DNA of 64,000 nt, taken from Candidatus Methylomirabilota bacterium. GTDB lineage: Bacteria; Methylomirabilota; Methylomirabilia; Rokubacteriales; DASRDR01. The translations under genes were made by a program, and so were the position numbers. How positions within the stretch are numbered: position 1 is the first letter of the stretch; each line of letters begins with the position of its first letter. The notes under the pieces were generated by a model that was not told where the DNA came from, ran no database searches, and was given only the letters and a program-made list of their open reading frames with translations. Location: contig DASZOL010000050.1 in NCBI GenBank assembly GCA_035550795.1, positions 31,809 to 95,808 of the forward strand, given 5' to 3'. Of this stretch, positions 28,140 through 38,103 are shown piece by piece.

Positions 28140-29209
28140 TCCCGCGCACTCACCGCCAGGTGCGGCTGGCGGCTCGGCCGGTCGGCTGCCCGAAGGAGAG
28201 TGACTTCCGGCTGGTCGAGTGCCCCGTCCCGGAGCCGGGGGCGGGAGCGATTCTCGTGCGGGTGATCTACCTCTCGCTCGATCCCTACATGCGGGGGCGG
28301 ATGAGCGACGTTCGGTCCTACGTCCCGCCCGTCGCGATCGGCGACGTCATGGAAGGCGGCACGGTGGGCGAGGTGGTCCACTCGAACAATCCGGGATTCT
28401 CCGTCGGCGACATCGTCGAGAGCCGCCTGGGCTGGCAGGAATACGCCGTGTCGGCCGGGAAGGGTGTCCGGAAGATCGACCCGACCGTCGCGCCGATCTC
28501 CACGGCCCTGGGCGTGCTGGGCATGCCGGGGCTCACGGCCTACTTCGGGCTGCTCGAGGTCGGCCAGCCGAAGCCCGGGGAGACGGTGGTTGTGTCAGCC
28601 GCGTCGGGCGCCGTCGGCGGCCTCGTCGGACAGATCGCGAAGCTCCAGGGCTGCCGGGCCGTCGGCCTGGCCGGGTCCAACGCCAAGGTGGACTACATCA
28701 CCGGAGAGCTCGGCTACGATGCCGGGATCAACTACCGGACCGCGCCCGACCTCGACGCGGCGCTGCGCGCGACCTGCCCGGACGGCGTCGACGTCTACTT
28801 CGACAACGTGGGCGGCCGGATCACCGAGGCGGTGTCGCGCCACGTGAACGTCTTCGCACGCGTCGCGGTATGCGGTCTCATATCGCAGTACAACCTCGCC
28901 GAGCCCGAGCTCGCCCCGCGCAACGAGCGCTTCGTCCTCGTGAACCGGGTCCGGATCCAGGGGTTCATCGTCCTCGACTTCGCGGCGCGCTACAGGGAGG
29001 CCCTGAGGCAGCTGACCGAGTGGGTGCAGCAGGGCAAGCTCAAGTACCGTGAGGACATCGTGGACGGCTTGGAGCACGCCCCGGGTGGGCTCATCGGGCT
29101 TCTCCAGGGCAAGAACTTCGGGAAGATGCTCGTCCGGGTCGGGCCGTCGCCTGTGCGCGCCCGGGCCCCGGAGGCTCGCCCCGGCGGCTCGGGCGGCGGA
29201 CCCCGATGA
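28136..29209 (+). CDS. NADP-dependent oxidoreductase, MDR superfamily (alkenal/one reductase, YncB/CurA-like)
   Basis: In-frame end of ORF 26765..29209, from GTG 28136, which overlaps the upstream stop (GTGA). YLSLDPYMRGRM, GMPGLTAYFGL and AASGAVGGLVGQIAK. Confidence 0.85.
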   Translation: MIPRTHRQVRLAARPVGCPKESDFRLVECPVPEPGAGAILVRVIYLSLDPYMRGRMSDVRSYVPPVAIGDVMEGGTVGEVVHSNNPGFSVGDIVESRLGWQEYAVSAGKGVRKIDPTVAPISTALGVLGMPGLTAYFGLLEVGQPKPGETVVVSAASGAVGGLVGQIAKLQGCRAVGLAGSNAKVDYITGELGYDAGINYRTAPDLDAALRATCPDGVDVYFDNVGGRITEAVSRHVNVFARVAVCGLISQYNLAEPELAPRNERFVLVNRVRIQGFIVLDFAARYREALRQLTEWVQQGKLKYREDIVDGLEHAPGGLIGLLQGKNFGKMLVRVGPSPVRARAPEARPGGSGGGPR

Positions 29210-30006
29210 TCACGCGCCCGTTCGGCCCTACCGGCGTCCCCGTGGCCGTGGTCGGGCAGGGGACGTGGCGGATGGGGGAGGAGTCCGGGCGGCGGCGGGA
29301 TGAGGTCGCGGCGCTCCGCCTTGGCATCGAGCTGGGAATGACCCACATCGACACTGCGGAGATGTACGGGGACGGGGGAGCCGAGCGGATCGTCGCCGAC
29401 GCCATTCGCGGGCAGCGGGATCGCGTCTTCCTCGCGAGCAAGGTGCTCCCCTCCAATGCGTCCCACTCGGGCACGATCCGCGCGTGCGAGGCCTCGCTCC
29501 GGCGCCTCCGGACCGACCACCTCGACCTCTACCTTGTTCACTGGTGGCCCGAGCGCCATCCGATCGAGGAGACCATGGGGGCGATGGCGGAGCTCGCCAA
29601 TCGCGGGCTGACTCGGCTGGTCGGCGTCAGCAACTTCGACGTGCCACAGTGGCGCCGGGCTCAGGCCGCCGTCGGCGAGCGGCTGCTCGCGTGCAATCAG
29701 GTGCTCTACCATCTGCGGGACCGGGCGATCGAGGAGGACGTGCTGCCCCATTGTGAGCGGAAGCGCGCGGCCGTGGTCGGCTACACGCCGCTGGCGCGGG
29801 GCGGCTACATGCGGGGGGTGGTCGCCGACATCGCGCGGCGCCACGGGCGGACGCCGCGCCAGGTGGCGCTGAGCTTCCTCACGCGTCGCCCGTCGCTCTT
29901 CACGATTCCCAAGGCCACCGATCCGACGCACGTGCGTGAGAACGCGGGAGCGCTTGATTTCACGCTGACCCGCGAGGAGGTGCGGGCGATCGATGGCGCA
30001 GCCTGA
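29206..30006 (+). CDS. aldo/keto reductase
   Basis: ORF 29206..30006. ATG overlaps the upstream stop (ATGA). HIDTAEMYGDGGAE, LDLYLVHW and NQVLYHL motifs. Confidence 0.85.
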   Translation: MITRPFGPTGVPVAVVGQGTWRMGEESGRRRDEVAALRLGIELGMTHIDTAEMYGDGGAERIVADAIRGQRDRVFLASKVLPSNASHSGTIRACEASLRRLRTDHLDLYLVHWWPERHPIEETMGAMAELANRGLTRLVGVSNFDVPQWRRAQAAVGERLLACNQVLYHLRDRAIEEDVLPHCERKRAAVVGYTPLARGGYMRGVVADIARRHGRTPRQVALSFLTRRPSLFTIPKATDPTHVRENAGALDFTLTREEVRAIDGAA

Positions 30007-30133
30007 GGAGGGGCGTCCGCGCCGCCGCCGAGCGCCGGGACGGGGCGCGGTGCGGCGGGGATCGGCTCGCCGGGCGCACGGCACCCGGGGGCCCCGCCAC
30101 GGCTCGCCGGCGGCCGCGCCGCCCCCGGCGCGG

Positions 30134-31423
30134 ATGGAGCGCCCGGTGACGGCAGCCGCCGACGGGGCGGCGCTCGCAGAGGCGCGCCGTCTCGACGCGG
30201 CCGACCCCCTCGCGCGCTTCCGGCGGGAGTTTGTCGTCAGTGACTCGCGGCTCATCTACCTCGACGGCAACTCCCTGGGGCGGCTGCCTCGGCAGGCCGT
30301 GCCGCGGCTCCGCCAGGTGATCGAGCGCGAATGGGGGGGACGCCTGATCCGCGGGTGGGGCGAGGGGTGGTTCACCGCCAGCCAGCGTATCGGAGCCAAG
30401 CTCGCGGGCCTGGTCGGCGCCGCCCCGGGCGAGGTCGTCGTGTCTGACTCCACGAGCGTGAACCTGTTCAAGCTCGTGGTGGCGGCGCTCAGGGCCCGGC
30501 CCGGCCGACGGACCGTGGTCACCGACGAGCTGAACTTTCCCACGGACGTCTACGCGCTGCAGGGCGCGGTCGAGCTCCTGGGTCAGGGCCATCGCCTCGC
30601 GGTCGTGCGCTCCGAGGATGGGCTCACGGTGTCCGAGGAATCGCTCGCCCGCGCGATCGACCGCGACACGGCCCTGGTGGCGCTCTCACACACGGCGTAC
30701 AAGTCGGCCTTCGTCCATGACCTCGCCGGCGTCACCAGGCTGGCGCACCGCGCCGGCGCGCTCGCCCTCTGGGATCTCTCGCACTCGGTCGGGGCCATGC
30801 CGATCGAGCTCGCGGCGACCGGGGTGGACCTGGCGGTCGCCTGCACCTACAAGTACGTGAACGGGGGACCTGGAGCGCCGGCGTTCCTGTACGTCCGACA
30901 CGACCTCCAGGAGACGCTCTCGAATCCGGTCTGGGGGTGGTTCGGTCGTCGCGACCAGTTCGACATGGCGCCGGCCTACCACCCGGCGCCGGGAATCCTG
31001 CGCTTCCTGGTCGGGACGCCGCCCGTCCTGTCCCTCCTCGCGGTCGAGCCGGGCGTCGACCTTCTTCTCGAGGCGGGGATCGAGCGCGTCCGCGCGAAGT
31101 CCGTGGCCCAGACCGAGTATCTCGTACGGCTCTGGGAGACGGTGCTCCGGCCCCTCGGGTTCGCCCTGAACTCGCCGCGCGACGCCGCGCGGCGCGGCTC
31201 GCACGTTTCGCTGGGGCATCCCGAGGCCCTGCGGATCGACAAGACGCTCATCGAGGAGATGGCGGTCCTGCCGGACTTCCGCTACCCGGACAACCTCCGC
31301 CTGGGGGTCGCCCCGCTCTACACTTCGTTTGCCGACCTCCACGAGGCCGTCGCGCGGATCTCGCGCGTCGTCCGAGAGCGCCGTTACGAGCGCTACTCGG
31401 TCGAGCGCCCGACGATTACCTAG
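30134..31423 (+). CDS. kynU: kynureninase (PLP-dependent)
   Basis: ORF 29993..31423, trimmed to ATG 30134. IYLDGNSLG, SDSTSVNLFKL and ACTYKYVNGGPGAP (PLP-lysine region). 429 aa. Confidence 0.8.
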   Translation: MERPVTAAADGAALAEARRLDAADPLARFRREFVVSDSRLIYLDGNSLGRLPRQAVPRLRQVIEREWGGRLIRGWGEGWFTASQRIGAKLAGLVGAAPGEVVVSDSTSVNLFKLVVAALRARPGRRTVVTDELNFPTDVYALQGAVELLGQGHRLAVVRSEDGLTVSEESLARAIDRDTALVALSHTAYKSAFVHDLAGVTRLAHRAGALALWDLSHSVGAMPIELAATGVDLAVACTYKYVNGGPGAPAFLYVRHDLQETLSNPVWGWFGRRDQFDMAPAYHPAPGILRFLVGTPPVLSLLAVEPGVDLLLEAGIERVRAKSVAQTEYLVRLWETVLRPLGFALNSPRDAARRGSHVSLGHPEALRIDKTLIEEMAVLPDFRYPDNLRLGVAPLYTSFADLHEAVARISRVVRERRYERYSVERPTIT

Positions 31424-31425
31424 TC

Positions 31426-32526
31426 ATGGGCATTCCGTACGACTTCCAGACCGACTGGACGCGCGTCGCGCAGCTGATCGTTCACGACGCGCTCCGCTTG
31501 GTGCCGGGCGAGCGCGTGCTGATCCACGCCGACCCTACCTACTTCCCCGCGCTGACCGAGGCGGTGCGCATCGAGGTCAACCGGGCCGGGGCGGTGGAGG
31601 TCGCGGTCCACATGCTGCACCCGCCCGGCCTGGAACGGGTCCGCCGGGAGCTGCGGCGCCGGGAGAACGCCGCGGTCCGGGCGATGGAGGACCGAACGGT
31701 CGCGGCGCTCTTCGCCCTGTCCGACGTCTACATCTGGCTCCCGACAAGCTGGGCCTACAACGTCTGGCAGACCGAGGAGATCATCAAGACGTGGCCGGGG
31801 CGGGCGGTCCACTTCCACTGGATCATGGACGTGTCCATGGACGCCGGTCTCTTCCGGCGGCTGTCGGAGCTCTACGAGGCGGCGCTGTGGATGGACTACC
31901 CGGCGCTGACGGCGCACCAGCGGCGGGTGGCGAACGCGCTCCAGGACAGCGAGGTCGAGGTGACGGATCCGCGCGGGACCCGGCTCCGCTTCGAGCTGCG
32001 CGGGGCGCACTTCCACATCGGCAATGGCGACGCCTCGCGCGCGTTCGTCGACGGGTACGCCCGGCCGGGCAGCGCCCGGGACCGCGAGGTAGAGCTCCCC
32101 GCGGGGGCGATCCGGACGGTCGACGTCCAGGGGACCGAGGGAGTGCTCGTGACGCCGCCCGAGACCTGCGCCGGGCGTCAGGTCGGAAGCGTGCGCCTGG
32201 AGTTCCGGGAGAACCGGATCACCCGGCTCACCAGCGAGCACCACGGCGCCTGGCTGGAGGCGGCCTGGCGGACCCAGTCCGGCGATCGCGATCGCTTCGG
32301 CGAGTTCAACGTGGGCGTCAACCCCAAGCTGGCCGTGCTCGCCGGGCTCCCGGTGATCCCGTACTACGGCTACGGGGCGGGGGTCATCCGGGTGAGCGTG
32401 GGGGACAACGCGGAGTCCGGCGGGCCGTACCGGTCGAGCTACCACCAGTGGTTCTTCCTGACCGACGCCACCGTGCGAGCCAACGGGCGCCCGGTTATCG
32501 AGCACGGCCGGCTGGTCGTGCCGTAG
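31426..32526 (+). CDS. divergent M29 (aminopeptidase-T-like) family protein
   Basis: In-frame part of ORF 30937..32526, from ATG 31426, 2 nt after the kynU stop. ELPAGAIRT, VRLEFRENRITRL, FGEFNVGVNP and IRVSVGDN align by eye with the M29 blocks (NLPxGE, xFxdGkv, lGExaiGtN, HiAlG). The expected His in the last block is absent. Confidence 0.45.
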   Translation: MGIPYDFQTDWTRVAQLIVHDALRLVPGERVLIHADPTYFPALTEAVRIEVNRAGAVEVAVHMLHPPGLERVRRELRRRENAAVRAMEDRTVAALFALSDVYIWLPTSWAYNVWQTEEIIKTWPGRAVHFHWIMDVSMDAGLFRRLSELYEAALWMDYPALTAHQRRVANALQDSEVEVTDPRGTRLRFELRGAHFHIGNGDASRAFVDGYARPGSARDREVELPAGAIRTVDVQGTEGVLVTPPETCAGRQVGSVRLEFRENRITRLTSEHHGAWLEAAWRTQSGDRDRFGEFNVGVNPKLAVLAGLPVIPYYGYGAGVIRVSVGDNAESGGPYRSSYHQWFFLTDATVRANGRPVIEHGRLVVP

Positions 32527-32555
32527 GAGTTGGCCACCAGGAGGGGATCGTAGCC

Positions 32556-33386
32556 ATGCTGAGAGCACCGCTGGCGGGACAGGTTGCGTGGGTGACGGGG
32601 TCGTCGCGGGGGCTCGGCCGCGTGATGGCCGAGCACCTGGGCCAGCTCGGGGCCGACCTGGTCGTCCACGGCACGACGCAGACGTCGGCGCGCGCGTTCG
32701 GCGAGGCCGACTCGCTCGACCAGGTGGCACGCGACGTCGCGACGCGCACGGGCCGGCGGGTCCTTGCCCTCGCGGCCGACCTGACGCGGCCCGAGGCGGT
32801 GCAGGCCGCGGCCATCCGGATCCGCGCGGAGTACGGGCGCATCGACGTGCTGGTCAACAACGCAGGTGGCGACATCGGCCCGGCGGGGGCGACGGGACCC
32901 GGGGGCGGGCGACCGCCGGTCAACGACGGGGTGTTCATCGCGCTGGAGGACCTCCGCGCCGTGATCGACCGGAACCTCCTCTCGTGCATCTACGCCTGCC
33001 GCGAGGTTGCGCCCGAGATGATCGAGCGCCGAGCCGGGCGGATCGTGACCCTCGGGAGCGTGGCCGGTCTGAGCGGCCGCGCGGAAGGCGTGATGTATGC
33101 GACAGCCAAGGCCGCCGTGCACGAGTACACGCGCTGCCTGGCCGTGCAGCTCCGGCCCTACAACGTCACGGTCAACTGCGTGGCGCCGGGCGGGACGATG
33201 ACGCCCCGCTTCGTCGCGACGGGCCAGGCCCGGCCCGGCGTGGTCGAGCACGTGGGCACGCTCCAGGGCTACGGCCAGCCGGAGGACATCGCGCGCGCGG
33301 TGGAGTACTTCGTGACCGACGCCGGGCGCCATGTCTCCGGCCAGGTGCTGCGCGTCGACGGCGGCGAGCAGACCTGGCCCGCCTGA
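32556..33386 (+). CDS. SDR-family oxidoreductase
   Basis: In-frame part of ORF 31329..33386, from ATG 32556, which is preceded by AGGAGGGG. VTGSSRGLGR, NNAGG, YATAKAA (YxxxK) and VDGG. Confidence 0.85.
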   Translation: MLRAPLAGQVAWVTGSSRGLGRVMAEHLGQLGADLVVHGTTQTSARAFGEADSLDQVARDVATRTGRRVLALAADLTRPEAVQAAAIRIRAEYGRIDVLVNNAGGDIGPAGATGPGGGRPPVNDGVFIALEDLRAVIDRNLLSCIYACREVAPEMIERRAGRIVTLGSVAGLSGRAEGVMYATAKAAVHEYTRCLAVQLRPYNVTVNCVAPGGTMTPRFVATGQARPGVVEHVGTLQGYGQPEDIARAVEYFVTDAGRHVSGQVLRVDGGEQTWPA

Positions 33387-33725
33387 CGGGCCCGGCGCTC
33401 CCCCTTCCGATCCCGGCGTCGGTGCTCGTGCGGACCCGGCCGAATCATCCGGTCATTCGCGTAGGCGAATCGGGAGATCGCTCCACGACAACGGGGGCGC
33501 TACGTCGGAGAGTCCCGCCCAATGCGGTGCGCCAGGCGGCCCAGCATCCGCCGGACGGGACTCGCGGCCACGCGAACGCCGCCCAGACTCGTGCGGCAGC
33601 GAGCCTCGTCGCCCAGGCTTGTGACCCGGGTCTCAGGCGGCTCGAGCCTCAGGAGCCCGCTTTCCCGGCCCTGGCTCACCGCGTAACCGTTTTGCCCACG
33701 CTGGGTGCGGCGCCGGGGCGGCGCG

Positions 33726-34934
33726 TCATCCGGATCCTCGCGGGCTGGCCTCGCCAGGCCATCCGCGCGCGCGGTGCGCCCGGAGGTACGCCGGATCGAG
33801 CTCGACGCCCAGGCCGGGACGGGGCGCCATGTGGAGCTGGTCCCCGCGGAGATCCAGGGGGGAGTCGAGGCAGCCGTCGTACCAGGGCACGTTCGCCACG
33901 TTGTGCTCCAGACGGTAGAAGTTGGGGACGGCCAGCATCGCGTGGGCGCCGGCGACGACCTGGAGGGGGCCCATGGCGTTGTGCGGCGTCACCGGTACGT
34001 GGTGGGTCTCGGCGAGGGCGGCGATCCGCATCACCTCGGTGACGCCGCCGGTCCAGACGACATCAGGCATCAGGTAGTCGGCCAGCCGTTCGGCGAGCAC
34101 CGGCAGGAAGTCCCACCGCGTGTAGAGCCGCTCGCCCACGCAGATCGGCACCGAGACCTGCTCCCGCACTGCTCGGAGGGCTTCCAGGCTCTCGGGCGGG
34201 GTGGGCTCCTCGAACCAGCCGATGCGGTAGGGCTCGAGCCGCCGGGCCAGACGGACCGCGGTGGGCACGTTGTAGTGTCCGTGCGCGTCGATGAGGATCT
34301 CCACCTCGGGGCCGACCGCCTCGCGGACCGCGGCGACGCACGCCACGCCGAACGCTTCCCCGGCGGCGGAGATTTGCCCTGCGAGATACCCCGTGTGGTA
34401 CGGCAGCATCTCGTGGAATGGGTCCAGCTTGAGGGCCACGTGGCCGCGGGCCACGATCCGGCGGGCGGCCGCCGCGTACTCCTCGGGGGTCGCGCACGCA
34501 GGGTGGCCGTCCAGCGCGGCGAACCAGCCGTTCGCGTAGAGCGGGATGCTGTCTCGCAGCTTGCCTCCGAGGAGGTCGTACAGCGGACGCCCGGTGAGCT
34601 TGCCCTTGATGTCCCAGAGCGCGATGTCGATGCCGCTGATCACCGCCGTGGGCAGGCCGCGCGACCCCAGGTAGGTCGCCTTCCGGAAGAGTCGGTGCCA
34701 CATCGCCGTGATGTCGGCGGGGTCGCGCCCGACGATCCAGGGCCGGAGGTGTCGGATGGCGTCGGCGACGATCAGGCTTCCGTTGCCCGGGAAGTTGGTC
34801 GATTCGCCCCATCCGTGGACGTCCGCGTCGGTGACCACCCGGACGAAGGTCCAGACGTTCTGGGGCTCCTCGTTGTAGGTGGCGGCGCCCCCAGTGGGAT
34901 CGACGACGTAGACCTCGACGTCGGTGATCTTCAC
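33726..34934 (-). CDS. enolase-superfamily enzyme (mandelate racemase / sugar-acid dehydratase-like)
   Basis: ORF 33726..34934 (GTG start). MKITDVEVYVV, DIALWDIKGK, KLDPF, IDAHGH, FEEP and GERL metal-ligand blocks. Confidence 0.85.
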   Translation of the reverse strand: MKITDVEVYVVDPTGGAATYNEEPQNVWTFVRVVTDADVHGWGESTNFPGNGSLIVADAIRHLRPWIVGRDPADITAMWHRLFRKATYLGSRGLPTAVISGIDIALWDIKGKLTGRPLYDLLGGKLRDSIPLYANGWFAALDGHPACATPEEYAAAARRIVARGHVALKLDPFHEMLPYHTGYLAGQISAAGEAFGVACVAAVREAVGPEVEILIDAHGHYNVPTAVRLARRLEPYRIGWFEEPTPPESLEALRAVREQVSVPICVGERLYTRWDFLPVLAERLADYLMPDVVWTGGVTEVMRIAALAETHHVPVTPHNAMGPLQVVAGAHAMLAVPNFYRLEHNVANVPWYDGCLDSPLDLRGDQLHMAPRPGLGVELDPAYLRAHRARGWPGEASPRGSG

Positions 34935-35034
34935 GGCAGGACCTTCCGTCGCGTCCTCGGTCGCAACGCTGTTGGGGCAGGTCGGGGACGTCCGGAAGCG
35001 TCTCGAGCCGACCTGACCTGAGCGCGGCCGCGAC

Positions 35035-35328
35035 TCAATGGAGGCCGAGGAGCGTCTCGGCGACCGTGCGCTGGGCCGTGCGCAGGGGCTCGTCGGCGTT
35101 GCCGAACACGACGACCGCCACGCCGTTCGGGACCCGGCGCAGCGTCACCACGCCGGCGGGTGTCCGTAGCCGCGCGTCGCGCCAGACGGCGGGTGGCGTC
35201 GCCCCCGGTCCCTGGAGCACGTTGTCGACCATGGCGAGCGCGGTGGGCAGTCCGGCGGCGGCGAGCCCGTCGAGGAGGGCCCCGAGGCCCACCGATCCGG
35301 CCCGCGGGACCACCACCTCGAGGCCCAT
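35035..35328 (-). CDS. hypothetical small protein
   Basis: ORF 35035..35328, 97 aa. Its ATG is 12 nt downstream of the MFS stop, on the same strand between the MFS and enolase-family genes. No motif recognised. The call rests on position and composition only. Confidence 0.4.
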   Translation of the reverse strand: MGLEVVVPRAGSVGLGALLDGLAAAGLPTALAMVDNVLQGPGATPPAVWRDARLRTPAGVVTLRRVPNGVAVVVFGNADEPLRTAQRTVAETLLGLH

Positions 35329-35340
35329 GGCGCCGCCGGC

Positions 35341-36603
35341 TCACGGCTCCGCGACGGCCGGGCGCAGCCGGGCCGCCGCGGAGCACGCGCGTTCGTCGAT
35401 GGTCAGGCTGATGCCCGCCGCGGCGAGGAGCTGGACGCTGGCGATCGCGAACGCGAGGCCGTAGCCGCCGCTAAGCTCGAACAGGAGCCCGCCGAGCCAG
35501 GAGCCAAGCGCGGCGCCGCCCTGGTGGACGACGAAGATCGTCCCGAACACCGAGCCGACCGAAAGCCGCCCGAAGATGTCGGCCGTCAGCGCCGAGGTCA
35601 TGGCCAGGCTTCCGGACATGCTGGCGCCGCCGAGGGCCGAGATGACGAGAAGCCCCGCCGGGCTGTCGTGCACGAGAAACATCGCCACGAACAGCAAGGC
35701 CCGTGTCCCGTACAGCCAGGCGAGCACCGGGCGGCGGCCGAAGCGGTCGGCGATCGTGCCGAGGATCATGGCCCCGACAAAGCTCGAGGTGCCGAGGATG
35801 CCGATCGCCGACGAGGCTAGCATCGCGTGGTAGCCGTGGTCGGTGAGCATCGGGACCCCGTGCGCCGACAGCAGGCTCATCGAGAACCCGCAGGTGAACA
35901 GTCCACCACAGAGCTGCCAGAACGGGGCGGTGCGCACGGCATCGCTGACCGCCGTGCGCTCGGTCGTCACCGCGTGGCGCGTCGTCGACCCCGCGTCCAG
36001 GCCGTCAGGTGCGAGCCCCATGGACTCGGGCGATTCCCGGACGACCCACAGGGCCAGGGGGAGGAGGACGATCGCCGCCCCCAGCCCGATGATCCCGTAG
36101 GTAGCCCGCCAGCCGACCGTCAAGATCAGCCACATCGCCACCGGGACCAGCAGGCTCATGCCGGCCATCGACGCCGCGCCGAGCAGGGAGAGCGCGGTCG
36201 CCCGCCGCTTGGTGAACCACCGCGACACGACGGCCGAGCCGACGACGTGGCCGGTCGCCGAGAGGCCCAGGGCGACCAGGACCCCGTACACCAGCGCAAG
36301 CTGCCAGAGCTGCGTCACGAGACCCGTGGCGGCGAGCGAGACGCTGAACACCAGGGTGCCCAGGACCGCGACCGGCCGTGCGCCCCAGCGCTCGACCATC
36401 CGGCCCACGAACGGCATGAACACCCCGTACAGGAACAGACTGAGTGACACGATCAGGGAGTAGGTCGCGCGGTCGGTGCCGAGATCCGCGACCATGGGCT
36501 TCAGGAAGGGCCCGACCGAGAAGCGGACACCGGTCGAGAGGAACACCATGACGGCGAAGGCGATGGTGACCCACCATCCATAGAAGACGCGCCCTCGCGT
36601 CAT
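35341..36603 (-). CDS. MFS transporter (oxalate/formate-antiporter-like)
   Basis: ORF 35341..37014, trimmed to ATG 36603 (MTRGRVFYGWWVTIAFAVMVFLSTGVRFSVGPFLKPM). About 12 TM segments. Confidence 0.85.
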   Translation of the reverse strand: MTRGRVFYGWWVTIAFAVMVFLSTGVRFSVGPFLKPMVADLGTDRATYSLIVSLSLFLYGVFMPFVGRMVERWGARPVAVLGTLVFSVSLAATGLVTQLWQLALVYGVLVALGLSATGHVVGSAVVSRWFTKRRATALSLLGAASMAGMSLLVPVAMWLILTVGWRATYGIIGLGAAIVLLPLALWVVRESPESMGLAPDGLDAGSTTRHAVTTERTAVSDAVRTAPFWQLCGGLFTCGFSMSLLSAHGVPMLTDHGYHAMLASSAIGILGTSSFVGAMILGTIADRFGRRPVLAWLYGTRALLFVAMFLVHDSPAGLLVISALGGASMSGSLAMTSALTADIFGRLSVGSVFGTIFVVHQGGAALGSWLGGLLFELSGGYGLAFAIASVQLLAAAGISLTIDERACSAAARLRPAVAEP

Positions 36604-36682
36604 GTCGGGGCCACTATAGCCGAGGGATCGAGGAGGGACAACCCGCGCGGCGCGCGCGCGACGAGGCCGGCGCGCGGCGGCG

Positions 36683-38035
36683 CTAGCGCAGGAATTGCCG
36701 GAGCCCCTTCCGGAGAAGCGACTCCGCGAAGCCTCGCAGGACGCGGTCCTGGAGGTCGGTTCTGGGAGAGCCGAATGGCCCCCACACCCGGAACTTGACG
36801 CCGACGAGCCCGTCGACACGCTCGGTGAACGCCGTGCGCATCTCGCGCGGAGCGCGGCGAACGGCGGCGGGGGGCACGAGCAGGATGAACTCGTGGGCGA
36901 GCTCGCCCGTCCGGAGCCGGATCTCGCCGTTCCCGAGCACCTTGACGTCCCCCGAGACGAAGCGGACCACCGGCGTTCGCAACACGTCACCGGCGAGCAC
37001 GAAGTCGATGGCACCTTCCTGGAACCGGAGGTCGCGCAGCAGCGGCAGGCCCAGCGCGGTCGCCACCGTGCCGAGCACCGGAAAGCCGTAGAGCTGTCCG
37101 TCTCGGATCTCGGCGTGACCCTGGCCGGTCGTGCCCTCGGCGGTGCCGGTGAAGGTTGCCTGGGCCTCGAGCTGGCCGCCGAGGCTCCGGCTTCCGAAGG
37201 CCGCCAGGAGAGTCTCCGCGCGCGCGCCGCCGAGATCGAGGGACACCCCGTACTGCGCCGGACCGGCCAGGCGGACGGTCGCCTTGCCTCCCAGCGTGCC
37301 GTCCGCCAGCTGGCCGCGCAGGGGCTCGAGCGTGAGGTCGCCCCCGCCGAACCGGAGCGGGGCGGTCAGATTCCGCACTTCCACGCGCTCGGCGACGCGG
37401 AGCGAGGCAATCGCGAGCTGTCCCTTGCCGGTCAGGACGTTGCCCACTCGCGAGAGCGATGTGGCGACCTCGATGCCGCCGGCTCCGACGATCGGCCCCT
37501 TGCGCTCGCGCGTGACCACGAGCGTGCCGCGGGTCAGGGCCAGACGGGGCACCACCACGTCCAGCGTGGCTGGCAGCTCGCCCGGTGCGGGGGCGGGCAG
37601 GTCGGAGGGCGCCGGGGCGCCTCCGGAGCCGGGGGCGGGGGTAGCTCTCGCGGCCAGGCCCTGGAAGCTCCACTCGCCGCCGGCGCCCCGCGTCAGAGTG
37701 ACGGTCGGCGCCTCCAGCCGTATCTCGGCGATCTCCAGCCTCCGGCGGAGGAGCGGCAGCAGACGTGGGCGCACGACCAGGCCCTCGGCCTGCAGAAGGT
37801 CGCCCGGGAGGCCCGGCGGGTTGCCGACCACGACCTGCCGGAACGTGGCGCCCGAGAACAGCGAGACCTCGAGCTGGCCGACTGCCACGGGAGCGCCCAG
37901 CGCGTCCTGGGCCGCATTGATCGCCGCGCGCCGGAAGGCCTCGGAGTCGAGGTACCGGGTGAGCGCAAAGAGGCCAGCACCCAGGAGGGCGACCACTCCG
38001 AGGAGGACGATGGCCAGGGTTTTGAGGGTGCGCAC
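36683..38035 (-). CDS. AsmA-family protein
   Basis: ORF 36683..38035 (GTG start). An N-terminal anchor MRTLKTLAIVLLGVVALLGAGLFAL is followed by YLDSEAFRRAAINAAQDALGAPVAVGQLEVSLF...GNPPGL, which is typical of AsmA N-termini. Confidence 0.65.
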   Translation of the reverse strand: MRTLKTLAIVLLGVVALLGAGLFALTRYLDSEAFRRAAINAAQDALGAPVAVGQLEVSLFSGATFRQVVVGNPPGLPGDLLQAEGLVVRPRLLPLLRRRLEIAEIRLEAPTVTLTRGAGGEWSFQGLAARATPAPGSGGAPAPSDLPAPAPGELPATLDVVVPRLALTRGTLVVTRERKGPIVGAGGIEVATSLSRVGNVLTGKGQLAIASLRVAERVEVRNLTAPLRFGGGDLTLEPLRGQLADGTLGGKATVRLAGPAQYGVSLDLGGARAETLLAAFGSRSLGGQLEAQATFTGTAEGTTGQGHAEIRDGQLYGFPVLGTVATALGLPLLRDLRFQEGAIDFVLAGDVLRTPVVRFVSGDVKVLGNGEIRLRTGELAHEFILLVPPAAVRRAPREMRTAFTERVDGLVGVKFRVWGPFGSPRTDLQDRVLRGFAESLLRKGLRQFLR

Positions 38036-38103
38036 GCGGGTTTCCTCGCAAGCTCTCCGCTGGCGGTAACCATCTCATGATAGCGCGATAGGAGTCCGGG
38101 CCG

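Noticed and set aside
33500-33679. 59-codon minus-strand ORF in the convergent spacer, considered as a small gene
   Set aside because: No SD, no recognisable motif, and Arg/Gly-rich composition. It is reported only as a possible remnant within the spacer finding.
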